A DNA stretch of 64,000 nt from an uncultured Chloroflexia bacterium (GCA_963713975.1 OY970218.1:1177683-1241682); one strand, 5' to 3'. Shown: positions 47,900 to 58,344, counted from the first letter of the stretch. Numbers and translations are program-made. The notes: generated by a model not told the origin, from the letters alone.

Positions 47900-48357
47900 C
47901 GGGTCTCAGCGGCTTGCTTGAGCGCCTCGTTACGGATGACCAGGAGGGACCGCATGTATCGGCCGAGCACGCCCCGATCCACCAGCCGGCCGAGTGGACC
48001 AAGTGGCGACCGGTGTTCCCAGTGGTCGTGCATCCTCGTCAGGCCGCCGTGCGCCTCAAAGCGATGCTCGTGACGGAACCAGGCGAACGGCCCGCGCTCC
48101 TGGACATCCTCGAAGCGCATGGGCGCCTCGACCGCCGTGATCCGGCTGGTCAACGACCACCAAAGCCCGAAGTGGCGGGCGCGCCACGTGACCATGTCGC
48201 CGACCTCGACCCGGCCGGTCGTCCGACCGGCGATTGCCTGTTCACCGGTGTGCGCCATCGATGACGCGTGAAGGTCGAGATCCCGGGCAAGGTCGAAGAC
48301 GCGCTCGATGGGCGCGTCGATGTCCGTCGTGAGGTCGATGACGGTCATGCCCGACAC
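47896..48357 (-). CDS. SRPBCC (polyketide cyclase/START-like) family protein
   Basis: ~150 aa; IERVFDLARDLDLH and ...WRARHFG... are typical. Confidence 0.6.
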   Translation of the reverse strand: MSGMTVIDLTTDIDAPIERVFDLARDLDLHASSMAHTGEQAIAGRTTGRVEVGDMVTWRARHFGLWWSLTSRITAVEAPMRFEDVQERGPFAWFRHEHRFEAHGGLTRMHDHWEHRSPLGPLGRLVDRGVLGRYMRSLLVIRNEALKQAAETR

Positions 48358-49274
48358 CAGCGGAGGTCGCGGCAGCCGAAGGCACCGGCTTTCGGCAGCC
48401 CGGCGCGAATGACGTCGGCGGAGAACGGCGTCTGCGGCATGAGGTCGGTCGGTGGCTCCGGCGCCGGCGGTGATGTCTCGACCACCCCCTCGGCGAGGAT
48501 GTGAACCTGCGCGAGGGAGATCAGCGGCACATCCATCACGGCCTCGCAGACCCTCGCCAGGGCGAGGTGGGCAAGGATCGGGAGTCGCACATAGACGGGA
48601 CGGCGCCCGATCGTGTCGGCGACTCGACGGACGGCATCCTCGAGTCGCATCTCCTCGGGTCCCAGGACAGCGATCGTCTGGTTCCGCAGGCGTTCGTCGC
48701 CCGTGGCCGCTGCTTCGAGGATCCGCGCGACATCATCGACCGCCACGGGTCGGACCGGCTGCTCGTGCATCCCGACGAGGCCGAAGACCGGGAACGTGTA
48801 GAGGGCGTGGCTGAGGTGGTCGAGCATGTGGTCGCCACGACCATGGATGACGCCGGCCTTCAACACTGTGTAGGGGATACCGCTCTCGCGGATCAGAGCC
48901 TCGGCCGTCCACTTGGTCCGGTGGTACGCGGTGGGCCCGTCGGGACGGGCGCGAAGGAAACTCAGGACGCTGATGTGTCGGACTCCAGCGGAGCGCGAAG
49001 CCTCGATGAGCGCCTGAGTCCCGCGGACATGGACCGTGTCGAACGTCTGGGGGCCGATCTCACGGTTGATCCCGGCGCAATGGACGACGGCGCTGCAGCC
49101 GTTCAAGGCGTCACGAAGCGCGGCGGGGTCGGGCCAGCCGAGGTCGGTTCCCGTTCGACGGGAGAGGGAGAGAACCTCGTGACCGGCGAGTTCCAGGCGT
49201 CGGACAACCTGTCGGCCAACGAAGCCGGTTGCCCCGGTCACCGCGATCCGCTTCGACTTCTCGTCGACGCTCAT
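48345..49274 (-). CDS. NAD(P)H-binding SDR (NmrA/CIA30-like) protein
   Basis: KRIAVTGATGFVGRQVVRRL Rossmann motif. The ORF extends to 49334. Confidence 0.7.
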   Translation of the reverse strand: MSVDEKSKRIAVTGATGFVGRQVVRRLELAGHEVLSLSRRTGTDLGWPDPAALRDALNGCSAVVHCAGINREIGPQTFDTVHVRGTQALIEASRSAGVRHISVLSFLRARPDGPTAYHRTKWTAEALIRESGIPYTVLKAGVIHGRGDHMLDHLSHALYTFPVFGLVGMHEQPVRPVAVDDVARILEAAATGDERLRNQTIAVLGPEEMRLEDAVRRVADTIGRRPVYVRLPILAHLALARVCEAVMDVPLISLAQVHILAEGVVETSPPAPEPPTDLMPQTPFSADVIRAGLPKAGAFGCRDLRWCRA

Positions 49275-49438
49275 GCCATCCCAACGTGCTACTGGTGGAG
49301 CGCAAGTATCTGCCTGAGAACTAGCTACTGTCAAGTGGCATGTTTGGCTTGGGGCTTGGCCGGAGAGCCATATGTGTGCTGCCCGTCAAGGCGCGAGTCG
49401 CTCGCCGACCGAGGCGCAGGCGACCCGGTGGCCGCCTT

Positions 49439-50680
49439 TCAGCGAATGCCGTGCGCGTTCGCCCAGGCGTACGGTCCGGACACGATCGAGGCGCCGACCC
49501 GGGAGATGGCGCCGATGTCCATCGCGGCTACGGCGGCGAGCCCATCGACCTGCCCCTCGTCGAGCAGCCTCGCTGCCCCCGTCCACCCGGTGGGGCGTGT
49601 GTGCTGCTTGTTCGCACCCACGAGGAGTGCCGCCCACGCGAGGGCTGCCTGACGGAAAGGATCGCCTGGCGCGGCGGCTTCCATGTCGCGGACTCGGCAC
49701 CGGTTGAAGAGCGCGTCCGCGATGGCGATCAGCCGCTCGACCGTCAGACCCTCGACGAGCCCCCTCGTCAGCGCAGCAATATTCGGATCCCGGCTCAAGA
49801 GGACGCCCGCCGAGGTCGGGGAGCCAGGCCGCAAGATCTCGGGCCAGCCGGGAGCGCCGCCAGGCGTCGTCGGTCGAGAGCGGGGTCGCGGCTCCAGAGT
49901 CCGCGCCGTGGCTGCGGGTGGGTCGGCTGAGAGCCCCTTGTCCACGTCGAGCCTGCCGTCCGGAGCTGGGTCGCCGTGCCCGATCGGCGCGTCCGCGAGA
50001 CGCCAGAACTCGTCCCAGATCGAGCCGTAGCGCTCGCGGTAGTACGCGGCGGCGCTCGCGAGCATCCCGGCGTCGCCGCTGACGTCGATCCACGCCGCAG
50101 GCTTCTTGGGCACGTAGAAGACGTTGAGCGGGTGGACGTTCCGCACAAACCGCCAGGCCGCGGTCTGCCTCGCCCAGTCCGCCCAGGCGACGTCGCGGTT
50201 CTTGACGCCGAGGATGTGCGCGACGTACCAGCCCTTGGCGTTCAGGGTCTCTCGGCCATTCGGCGCCTTGAACATGTGGAACGGCGTCGCGGCGATGTAC
50301 GAGGCAAACACCGCGGGGTCGAGCAGGTCGTTGTAGAGCACCGCGTGCCACCACCAGGCCGGGGAGTTGTCGCCGGGGATGAGCCTGCTGCCATCGCGGG
50401 CCGTGACCGGGACTCCGCGCTCCAGCCCTGCGACGGCACGGACGAGGTGCAGCGTGTCAGGCCGGCCGAGGTAGCCGACGAGCGCCCGATGGAACGCCTC
50501 GACCACGCGGACATCGGGGAGGAGTGGCTCGAGGTGGCGCTCGATGTACTGCGACCTCGCGCCGTGGAAAGCGGACGGAGCGAACGGGATCGGCCGCCTC
50601 GACAGGTCGTCACGGGATGTGCCGGCGGGTCCCGAACCGTTTGCGCTCGCCATCACGGCTGCGGCCCACAAGCCGGACAC
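49439..50680 (-). CDS. Hypothetical protein (413 aa)
   Basis: Long ORF with protein-like composition (…GWYVAHILGVKNRDVAWADWARQTAAWRFVRNVHPLNVFYVPKK…). No motif recognised. Confidence 0.45.
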   Translation of the reverse strand: MSGLWAAAVMASANGSGPAGTSRDDLSRRPIPFAPSAFHGARSQYIERHLEPLLPDVRVVEAFHRALVGYLGRPDTLHLVRAVAGLERGVPVTARDGSRLIPGDNSPAWWWHAVLYNDLLDPAVFASYIAATPFHMFKAPNGRETLNAKGWYVAHILGVKNRDVAWADWARQTAAWRFVRNVHPLNVFYVPKKPAAWIDVSGDAGMLASAAAYYRERYGSIWDEFWRLADAPIGHGDPAPDGRLDVDKGLSADPPAATARTLEPRPRSRPTTPGGAPGWPEILRPGSPTSAGVLLSRDPNIAALTRGLVEGLTVERLIAIADALFNRCRVRDMEAAAPGDPFRQAALAWAALLVGANKQHTRPTGWTGAARLLDEGQVDGLAAVAAMDIGAISRVGASIVSGPYAWANAHGIR

Positions 50681-50765
50681 ACGCCGGCAGTCGCGACGAT
50701 CTTGGCCTCAGCGTCGGGATCGCTCCGGCGACGCCGACTGCGCATGAAGATGTAGCCGAGGGGCG

Positions 50766-51173
50766 TCATCGTCCGATGAGCAAGGGACGCGGCCGACCCC
50801 GCCTCCATGTCGATGCCAGGGCCTCGAGGGCGGCGTACAGGGCGGTGCCAAAGCCCCGGCCCTGTCGAGCGGGGTCGATGGCCACATCGATCGAGACGGG
50901 ATGGTCCGGGCCGATGGATCCGACGATCGCGCCACCGAGGACCCGGCCACGATCATCCCTGAGCACCCACCAGTCTTCGCGCTCCTGGGTGACGCCCGGC
51001 TTGCCCTTGCCGTACTCCTTGAACTTCGGGAACAACGGCTCGTCGTCGTTGTCCGGGATTAGGCGCTCGGCGATGACGGCCGGGAGGGGTGCAATTGGCC
51101 GCTCGGCGTCATGTGTCGAGCGGCCGCGTGAGTGACCTCGTTCCCGGACGATCGCGGCGCGGAGTCGATCCAT
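50766..51173 (-). CDS. GNAT-family N-acetyltransferase (short)
   Basis: RQGRGFGTALYAALE = motif A (Q/R-x-x-G-x-G/A). Confidence 0.5.
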   Translation of the reverse strand: MDRLRAAIVRERGHSRGRSTHDAERPIAPLPAVIAERLIPDNDDEPLFPKFKEYGKGKPGVTQEREDWWVLRDDRGRVLGGAIVGSIGPDHPVSIDVAIDPARQGRGFGTALYAALEALASTWRRGRPRPLLIGR

Positions 51174-51182
51174 GGTCGGGAC

Positions 51183-51635
51183 CTATTGCACGCCAGCGCG
51201 TTCCATGATCTCGACGATGTGGTGCAGGCCACGTTCTTCGAGCGCCTGACGGAACTGCGGCCACGGCGGCCGGTTGCTTCTGTAGGCGTTGGGTCCCGTT
51301 GAGAGTCCGCCGCCCGGTCCGGTCGAGAGACCACCGCGAGGCCCCGTTGAGAGACCACCGCCCGGCCCGGTCGAGAGGCCCCCGCCTGGACCTGTCGAGA
51401 GGCCGCCTCCGGGCCCCGTTGAGAGCCCGCCCCCCGGTCCAGTCGACATGCCGCCTCCGGGCCCCGTCGAGAGCCCGCCGCCCGGTCCGGTCGATGCACC
51501 GCCGCCCGGGCCCGTAGAGAGCCCGCCCCCCGGGCCTGTCGAGAGTCCGCCACCAGGACCGGTGCTGCGATTGCGCGGCCACGTCGCCATGAGTACCCCC
51601 GTCATCGCTAGGGCAGTTCGCCCCGTCACGTCCAT
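51183..51635 (-). CDS. Glycine-rich tandem-repeat protein: (S/L)TGPGGG(L/M/A) x13
   Basis: Translation [48 protein letters not shown]...(13 units)...[35 protein letters not shown]. The non-repeat termini look protein-like. Confidence 0.5.
   Translation of the reverse strand: MDVTGRTALAMTGVLMATWPRNRSTGPGGGLSTGPGGGLSTGPGGGASTGPGGGLSTGPGGGMSTGPGGGLSTGPGGGLSTGPGGGLSTGPGGGLSTGPRGGLSTGPGGGLSTGPNAYRSNRPPWPQFRQALEERGLHHIVEIMERAGVQ
51289..51600. repeat. 24-bp tandem repeat x13 (GGNCCNGGNGGNGGNCTCTCNACN family), coding on the minus strand
   Basis: Direct inspection shows gtccggtcgagaga(c/g)c(a/g)cc(g/c)c(c/g)(a/g)gg(c/t)cc-type units. Third-position variation occurs between units. Confidence 0.8.
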
Positions 51636-51653
51636 TGTCGCTCCGCGCGACCT

Positions 51654-52655
51654 CTACCAGAGGTGCGTACGCGCCAGGGCCGAGGCGGCTTTGAGTGAGC
51701 CCGGGATCGGAACGGCACTCGCGCAGGCCGCGAGGTTCGCGGCGCCAGTGTGGTGCGCGAGGTAGATCTCAACGGTCACGAGGGTCGCGGCGACGATGTC
51801 GCACAGCGCGGCATGGAAGTCCGCGGCGTCCTCGGCCGAGAGTGCGCCCGAGAGGAACGCGTCGCCCTCCTTGTAGTTCGAGCGGATCCGCAACCGCCAG
51901 AGCAGGTCGAACAGGGTCGTTGGCCGCATCTTCGTCGCGTTCGCGGTCAGCGCCGCGGTCGCCAGCGTCTTGCGCTTCGTGCCGGACTTGGTCGGCGGCT
52001 GCGCGCGGATCCACCCGTCGCGGCTGTCCGCGATCTGATCGCGCCTCGTCGTCCTGAGGGCCATCGCCAGCAGCGATGGTGCCGTCGCGGCTGTGACCGC
52101 CTTCAGGTTGCTGATCTTGAGGTCGAGCGGGTCGGGACCGAAGTCCTGATAGGTCCAGGCGCTCGGCGGCCCGCCGACCCTGGCCGTCCACGGCACGACG
52201 AACGGGGTCCTCGTTCCTGCCGCCGCTGTCGCGGCCCACGTCAGCAGTTTCGCGTGCGTCAGCGGCGGGTTGGGCGTGACGACGTGCGTCAGGGCGGTGA
52301 TCGCGTTGAAGACCGCGTAGTACGCCTGCACCGGCGCCCACAGGTTCGCGAAGGACACCAGATCGCCCCCGCCGAGGGTCCGCGGGGCGTTGAGCAGGAC
52401 CTCGGTCGCCCAGGCGTTCCGCAGGACCTCGCCGGCGCGGGCCGAGAGCACCTTCGTGCGCGGCGGGTCCGACCGCCACGGCTTCGACTTCACGGACTGC
52501 GCCACGCCAGCGACCATCCCGTCCGGATGCGGGTGGAGGGCGGTCGCCCACACGCAGACGGCCTCGAGGTAGCCGCGGAACGTGTGGAACGTCATCTCCT
52601 CGTCCGAGCCGGTTGGGATCCGGATCGAACTCAAATTGATCGTCACGATGGGCAT
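51654..52655 (-). CDS. Hypothetical protein (333 aa)
   Basis: ORF with RBS-less start [23 protein letters not shown]... No motif recognised. Confidence 0.45.
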   Translation of the reverse strand: MPIVTINLSSIRIPTGSDEEMTFHTFRGYLEAVCVWATALHPHPDGMVAGVAQSVKSKPWRSDPPRTKVLSARAGEVLRNAWATEVLLNAPRTLGGGDLVSFANLWAPVQAYYAVFNAITALTHVVTPNPPLTHAKLLTWAATAAAGTRTPFVVPWTARVGGPPSAWTYQDFGPDPLDLKISNLKAVTAATAPSLLAMALRTTRRDQIADSRDGWIRAQPPTKSGTKRKTLATAALTANATKMRPTTLFDLLWRLRIRSNYKEGDAFLSGALSAEDAADFHAALCDIVAATLVTVEIYLAHHTGAANLAACASAVPIPGSLKAASALARTHLW

Positions 52656-53157
52656 GACCGCAGGGTAGAACGGAACTGGGTGACAAACATCGATCCGCCC
52701 GTCATCAGGGTGGGCATTGTGGTTGTAGGAGAGTGGGTCCTAGCCGCGGGATAGCCCATTCGGCCGGTCCTTGCGAGCGCAATTACCACGCATTTCACAT
52801 GCCCCCCCGGCTCGCCCTACGGATGGTTGTGGACGAGTGCGCGCCGTAGTGGGAGCGGCGCGGGTCGGCGCGATGGCCAGATGTCGAGAACCGGCCGGAG
52901 GCCAGCATGCGGGCATGATCAGATCGAGCCGACGGAGGGAGACCGTCGGGGCGGGCTGTCCAGATCTCGTGGCCGCCGGCGATCAGTCCTCATCGCCGCC
53001 AACGTCCGGCTTCGTGTCCGCCTGCGTCCAGATTCCTATGGCCGCCGTCAGACATTCAGAACCGAGTCCCTTGACACCATGACGCCGGAAGAGCTACTCG
53101 GCCGGACCGTACACAATCCGGCTTGACTAGCGTCCACAGGCAGCGCAGCATGCCGCC

Positions 53158-53466
53158 ATGCAGAACGTCATCGGCATCCGAACCCTTCGCCGGCAGGTGA
53201 ACGAGTCGCTCCTGCGCGTGGCGCGCGGCGAGACGATCGTCATCGCCCGGCACGGGCGTCCGGTCGCAATCATGCGGCCGATCACCGACGGCGACACGGG
53301 CCGGCGGGTATCGGTCACGACGTTCCGCCGCAACCTGCGGCGGGCCCTGGTCGTGACGCGACGCCGGCCGATCGTGCTCACCTGGTATGGCGACGGGGCC
53401 GCGGTCATCGCGCCCGTGCCCCCGGAGCTTGAGATCGCGTACGACGACGAAGAGGAGCTGGAATGA
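53158..53466 (+). CDS. Phd/YefM-family antitoxin-like protein
   Basis: IGIRTLRRQVNESLLRVARGETIVIARHGRPVAIMRPI matches the YefM N-terminal pattern. Confidence 0.65.
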   Translation: MQNVIGIRTLRRQVNESLLRVARGETIVIARHGRPVAIMRPITDGDTGRRVSVTTFRRNLRRALVVTRRRPIVLTWYGDGAAVIAPVPPELEIAYDDEEELE

Positions 53467-54062
53467 CGGCGGGCGGCATGATCCAGGCGCTCGGGATGCG
53501 CGAGGTCCGCGGCAACATGCGCGCGGTCGTGGCCCGGGTCGAAGAGGGCGAGGCGCTCGTCGTCCTGCGCGACGGCCAGCCGAGTGCTGTCATGCTCGCC
53601 TTCGCGGAGGCGCAGCGCTGGCAGCAGATCGAGCGCGCCCTGTCCGCGTTCCACGGCCTCGAGATCTACCCGGAGCTCGCCCGCGACACGCCCGAGCTGG
53701 CCCGGATCGTTCGGCGCGAGACCCGGCCGTCGGGTGCCGCGGTGCGCCGGCTCGCTGACCAGTCGCGCGACATCCTTGCGCCGCTGCGGACGATGGGGAT
53801 CACGGACGCCCGCACGACGTTTGCAGCGATCCTCGACGAGATCGAGGCCGGGCGGACACTCACGATCGTGTCGTCGGGCCGGTTCGCCGCGACGCTCGTG
53901 GCCCCCCGGGAGTTCGACCGTCTGCGAACGCTCGACCGCACCGTGAGCTGGTTCCGCGCGGCCGGCCTCGACCTCAGCATCGCCGACGAGGCCGCTGTCG
54001 GTGCCTTCGTCCGGGAGTTCGCGACTCGGTCGGCTGCCTCCGACGCCGCGGCGGCCGGGTAG
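53463..54062 (+). CDS. Tandem double Phd/YefM-like domain protein
   Basis: Two repeats: MREVRGNMRAVVARVEEGEALVVLRDGQPSAVML... and ITDARTTFAAILDEIEAGRTLTIVSSGRFAATLVAP... No toxin partner is adjacent. Confidence 0.55.
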   Translation: MTAGGMIQALGMREVRGNMRAVVARVEEGEALVVLRDGQPSAVMLAFAEAQRWQQIERALSAFHGLEIYPELARDTPELARIVRRETRPSGAAVRRLADQSRDILAPLRTMGITDARTTFAAILDEIEAGRTLTIVSSGRFAATLVAPREFDRLRTLDRTVSWFRAAGLDLSIADEAAVGAFVREFATRSAASDAAAAG

Positions 54063-54070
54063 GGACGGCG

Positions 54071-54466
54071 ATGATGCGGCGGTTCCCGCGCCACGCGATG
54101 GTCGCCCGCCTGTGGGTCGCGGCCCCCTTCGTCGTCGTGCTCCTGTGGCTCGCCGCCGGGTCGACCGTCCTCGGCGCGGACAGCGTCCCGCGGGGCGCCA
54201 AGGAGGCGCTCGCGCCGGTGACGAAGATGATCGGGACCCTGGTCGCGATCGCGATCGGCTTGGGGATCGCGATCTGCGGCGCGGTGATCGTCTGGGGCGG
54301 GATCGAGAAGACGCTCGCGGGCGCGAACCAGGACGCCGAGCATCGCGCCTCGCGGCGGATCCAGAACGGGATCCACGGCCTCGTCTGGATGATCCTGGCG
54401 TCCGTCATCGTGTCCACGATCACGGCGATCGCGGTCGCCTACGGGCTTATCAACACGCCCTTCTGA
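54071..54466 (+). CDS. Small membrane protein (signal peptide + 2 TM; VirB2/TrbC-like topology, tentative)
   Basis: N-terminal signal-like segment, then two long hydrophobic helices; 131 aa. Confidence 0.4.
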   Translation: MMRRFPRHAMVARLWVAAPFVVVLLWLAAGSTVLGADSVPRGAKEALAPVTKMIGTLVAIAIGLGIAICGAVIVWGGIEKTLAGANQDAEHRASRRIQNGIHGLVWMILASVIVSTITAIAVAYGLINTPF

Positions 54467-54479
54467 GGTACCCCTGAGC

Positions 54480-55613
54480 ATGCTGACGACCGGGGGCTTG
54501 GTTCCCCATGCCCTCCAGAGCCCGGAGACGGGTGCCGATGCGACCTGGCAGGTGCCGCCTGTGGGCCTCGCCCTCGCCCTTCTCGCGGTCCTGGGGCTTG
54601 GGCTCGCGCTGCTCGGGCAGGCCATGCCGTCGCCGATCGCACCCGTGCCGACAACGGCGGAGCGCGCCGCGCCCCAGGCGCCGGTCGGCGACATCCCGAT
54701 CCTGGGCGATCCGGTCCGCGACCTCACGGTCTGGTACTCGGACCGCGTGCGCGACGCCAACCGCGCGGCGCTCGACAACCTGCGGGGCCAACTCCTCACG
54801 CCGATCGACCCGCTGAACGACAAGGTCACCCGCACCCTGTACGGCCCGATGGTGCTGATCACGATCCCGCTGCTGACGTTCGGCGGCCTCGTCCTGGGCT
54901 ACCTGATCATGGTCAGCGGGACGAGCGGGGAGACGGCGTACGCGGCCCGCTCGGTCGCACCGCGGTTCGTCGTGGGGGCGACGCTCGCGATCCTGGGCAT
55001 CTTCCTCGTGTCGGTGATCACCCAGTTCGTCTCGGCGCTCGACGCGGCGATGGTCGGCGTCGCGCTGCCGGCGTCGGCGGTTGGCGATGCGGCCGCCTGG
55101 CCATCGACCGGCGGTGTGTTCCTCGTCCTCCAGCAGGGCGGCTTTGATCCCCAGGTCGCCCAGGGGCCCGACAACTGGAACAGCGGGGCGTGGCTCTCGT
55201 CGGGGCTGCTCGCGGGGATCCTGACGACGTGCCTCGCGATGCTGAACTGGCTGTTGGCCGGGGTCGAGCGGCTCCTCGTGCTCGTCGGGCCGCTGTGTCT
55301 GGCCGCCTACGCGATCCCGGCCACCGAGCGCGTGACGAGGCTCTGGTTCAAGGTGCTCATCGTCGTCCTGGCGATGCGGTTCGCCTGGGCGATCACGTTC
55401 GTCCTGTTCAGCCTCCAGGCGGGCGCCTACATGGGCGCTTCGGGGGCGCCGGCGACGGTGGCCGACATGAATGTCCTGCTCGGCCTGGCCGCGGGTGCGG
55501 CGGCGATGATGCTCGGCCTCCCGCTGGTGCTGATCCCGGTCGCACTTGCGGGGCCGCAGATCCTCGACGTCGGGAGCGCCGCGCGGACCGTCGCCGCGCT
55601 GCGGTACCTCTAG
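54480..55613 (+). CDS. Polytopic membrane protein (VirB6/TrbL-like topology, tentative)
   Basis: 377 aa, ~7-8 TM helices. Confidence 0.45.
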   Translation: MLTTGGLVPHALQSPETGADATWQVPPVGLALALLAVLGLGLALLGQAMPSPIAPVPTTAERAAPQAPVGDIPILGDPVRDLTVWYSDRVRDANRAALDNLRGQLLTPIDPLNDKVTRTLYGPMVLITIPLLTFGGLVLGYLIMVSGTSGETAYAARSVAPRFVVGATLAILGIFLVSVITQFVSALDAAMVGVALPASAVGDAAAWPSTGGVFLVLQQGGFDPQVAQGPDNWNSGAWLSSGLLAGILTTCLAMLNWLLAGVERLLVLVGPLCLAAYAIPATERVTRLWFKVLIVVLAMRFAWAITFVLFSLQAGAYMGASGAPATVADMNVLLGLAAGAAAMMLGLPLVLIPVALAGPQILDVGSAARTVAALRYL

Positions 55614-55615
55614 CG

Positions 55616-57043
55616 ATGCCGAACCTCGTCGACGTGCCCGAGAACGCCGTCCGCGAGGAGCCGCTGGCGTTTGGGCTCACGGCGCCACAGCTGCTGATCT
55701 GCGGGATCGCGGTGGCGATCGGCGCGGTGATCCAGCTCATCCCCATGTGGTTACCTCTCCAGATCCTGTTGACGGTGCTGCTCGCGGGCCCGGTGCTGCT
55801 CGCGGCGATCCTGCCGATCCGGGGTGAACCGGCCTACCGGTGGTTGCTTCGCTGGGTCCGCTACCGGCGCGGTCCGCGCACCTGGCACGCCGTGCTCGGT
55901 CCGGATCCACATAAGTCGCAGATAAGTGAGGAGGCGCACCCTGTCGTGGCTCCGCCCCTCGCGGCCGCAAGCGCGAATACGGCAAGTCTCGGACTTGACG
56001 GCAGGGAGGGACAGGTAGACCTTGCGGGGGATTCGGCTCCGAGCGTCCAGGAGCAGACATCGATGGGTGAGCGCACCGTCCGACTCCGGGTCGTCGAACT
56101 TGACGACGAGGGTCCGGCGCCCGACCGTTCGAACACGGAAGGCGCGCCACACGAGCGACCCTCGGCAATCCCGCACGTGCTCCCTGGCCTGCGCGTCGTC
56201 GCCATCACGAGCTTTGCCGGTGGGGTGGGCAAGACCACGCTCGCGGTCGAGGTCGCGACGCTGGTCGCGTCCCGTGCCCGGATCCGCTCGCTCGAGGGCA
56301 CAGAACAGGCGGTCCGTGTCCTGATCCTCGACGCGTCGCGACTCGCGAGCGCCGTCGGCCTGCGCCTGGGGCTCGACCCGGCCGCCCTGGCAGCCGCCTG
56401 GAGCCATCGGATCTGGCGTGATCCCTCCGCCATCGGGGACCTCGCTGCGGGCACGCGGTGGGGGGTTGATGTGCTCACCCTGCCGCCCCACCCCCAGCTC
56501 ACCGCGCACGACGGACAGGCCGACCCACGAGCTGGGGTCTTCGGTGCTGTCGAAGCCGACGCGCTCCTCGAGGGCGTCCAGCGCGCGGGGTATCACCTGC
56601 TGGTGACGGACCTGGGCGGCGTGCTGGAGGACGGCCACCGCCAGCTCATCGACCAGGCCGATGTCGTCCTTGGCGTTGTCCGACCGACCCTCGAGTCGCT
56701 CCCGGACGTGTTCCGGCTCGCGACCGTGCTTCGGCTCCAGGGGATGGGTCGCAAGCTCGGGATCGTCGCCAACGGCGCGGACGACGACACCGAGGTCAAG
56801 CGGCTGGCGCGCGAGGCCGACGTGCCGCTGCTCGGGCGCGTCGGCATCGATCCGGTGTTCACGGTCGCGGCCGACCGCGGCGAGCCCGCCTGGTCCATCG
56901 CACCGGCGCGGACGGGCGAGCTCGTCGGTGTCGCGCGGGCCGCTTGGCCGCTGCTCTCCGATGCGCCCGGGCGCATGACGCGCAGGCGCTCGGTGCTGCG
57001 TGCCGTCCGCGACGCGATGCCGGCTCCCGGAGGCAACCAGTGA
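55616..57043 (+). CDS. CpaE/TadZ-like ParA/MinD-family ATPase with N-terminal TM helices
   Basis: Deviant Walker A VVAITSFAGGVGKTTLAVEVA. Positioned immediately upstream of cpaF. N-terminal 2 TM helices. Confidence 0.65.
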   Translation: MPNLVDVPENAVREEPLAFGLTAPQLLICGIAVAIGAVIQLIPMWLPLQILLTVLLAGPVLLAAILPIRGEPAYRWLLRWVRYRRGPRTWHAVLGPDPHKSQISEEAHPVVAPPLAAASANTASLGLDGREGQVDLAGDSAPSVQEQTSMGERTVRLRVVELDDEGPAPDRSNTEGAPHERPSAIPHVLPGLRVVAITSFAGGVGKTTLAVEVATLVASRARIRSLEGTEQAVRVLILDASRLASAVGLRLGLDPAALAAAWSHRIWRDPSAIGDLAAGTRWGVDVLTLPPHPQLTAHDGQADPRAGVFGAVEADALLEGVQRAGYHLLVTDLGGVLEDGHRQLIDQADVVLGVVRPTLESLPDVFRLATVLRLQGMGRKLGIVANGADDDTEVKRLAREADVPLLGRVGIDPVFTVAADRGEPAWSIAPARTGELVGVARAAWPLLSDAPGRMTRRRSVLRAVRDAMPAPGGNQ

Positions 57044-58344
57044 GCACGGAACAGTCACCAGGGTTCGCCCGTGCCCCGCTCTCGTCGGCCACGCTGGGGA
57101 CCGTCCGGCGGATGCTCGTCGCGCGCCTCGCGCCCGAAGTGCTCAACCCGTTCGGGCGCACCGAGGAACAGGAGGCGACGCTCCGTCGGACGATCGGCGA
57201 GATCCTGGCCGAGCCAGAGCTCGACCTCGACACGTCGCCGGCACTCGTCGCTGCGGTCGAGGCCGCCGTCTGTGGCCTCGGGCCGCTGCAGCCGCTCGTC
57301 GATGACCCGCTGATCGGGGACATCCTGGTCAACGGCCCAGGAGAGATCTTCATCGAACGCGAGGGCCGCCTCGAGCCGACCGCCGTCACGCTCGGATCCG
57401 CCCGAGAGGTCATCGAGCTTTCCGAGCGGATCGCCGCCCTGGCCGGGCGCGAGCTCTCCGTCGCCCACCCGGTGGTCGATGCCCGGATGCCCGACGGGTC
57501 GCGGGTCAACGCCGTCATCCCGCCGGTCGGCGGCCCGTACCTCTCGATCCGCAAGTTCAACCGGCTGCGACTCGACCTCGTGCCGGGCGGCCGGCATGGT
57601 CGCAACTGGGTCGCCGAGGGCGGCCTCGATCCCGCCATGGCCGACCTCATCGCCCGTCTCGTGCGAGCGCGCGCGAACATCCTGGTGGCGGGCGAGACGG
57701 GCGCCGGCAAGACGACGTTCCTGCGCTCGGTGACCGACCTGTTCGATCCGGCCGAGCGCATCGGTGTGGTCGAGGACACCGCTGAGCTCGCGCTCGAGAA
57801 CCCCGACCGGTTCAACCTCGAGACGCTCCACCCGCACGACCTCACGGGGGGCGAGGCGGACGCGCGCCTGCTCGACGTCGGGGACCTCGTCGCGAACGCC
57901 CTGCGGATGCGGCCCGACCGGCTGATCGTGGGCGAGATCCGCCTCCCCAAGGAGGCGTTCTACACGCTCCAGGCGCTCCACACAGGACACGACGGATCGG
58001 CCACGACCATCCACGCCAGCAGTGCCGAGGATGCCCTGTTCCGGCTCGAGCTCCTGGCGCGCCAGAGCATGCGCGACCTCACGATCGTCGACCTGCGGAC
58101 CTACATCGCGCGCGTGTTCGACCTCGTCGTCGTGCTGCGCCGCCTGCGGTCGGGCCGGCGCATCGTCCGCCAACTGACCGCGGTCGACGGCCTCGCCCCC
58201 GACGGGGGCTACCGCCTCGTCGACGTGTTCCGTGCCGAGGCCTCGCAGGGGTCAGAGGTGATCCGGTTCGTGCGCGACCTCGAATGGCGGCCATCGCCGC
58301 GGCTCCTGGCGCGTTTCGAGATCGAGGGCGAACGATGGAGCTGA
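57040..58344 (+). CDS. cpaF: CpaF/TadA-family secretion ATPase (VirB11 superfamily)
   Basis: Walker A ILVAGETGAGKTTFL, Asp/His boxes, GEIR and TGHDGSATTIHA motifs. GTG start overlapping the upstream stop. Confidence 0.85.
   Translation: MSTEQSPGFARAPLSSATLGTVRRMLVARLAPEVLNPFGRTEEQEATLRRTIGEILAEPELDLDTSPALVAAVEAAVCGLGPLQPLVDDPLIGDILVNGPGEIFIEREGRLEPTAVTLGSAREVIELSERIAALAGRELSVAHPVVDARMPDGSRVNAVIPPVGGPYLSIRKFNRLRLDLVPGGRHGRNWVAEGGLDPAMADLIARLVRARANILVAGETGAGKTTFLRSVTDLFDPAERIGVVEDTAELALENPDRFNLETLHPHDLTGGEADARLLDVGDLVANALRMRPDRLIVGEIRLPKEAFYTLQALHTGHDGSATTIHASSAEDALFRLELLARQSMRDLTIVDLRTYIARVFDLVVVLRRLRSGRRIVRQLTAVDGLAPDGGYRLVDVFRAEASQGSEVIRFVRDLEWRPSPRLLARFEIEGERWS

Noticed and set aside
54071-55613. 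Calling the locus a conjugative type IV secretion system (VirB2/VirB6-like proteins + VirB11-family ATPase).
   Set aside because: TadB, TadC, an Flp pilin with the G-x4-EY motif, TadE-like pseudopilins and CpaB are present. No VirB4, VirD4 or relaxase were seen. A Tad pilus is the better explanation, though the two upstream membrane proteins remain unassigned.
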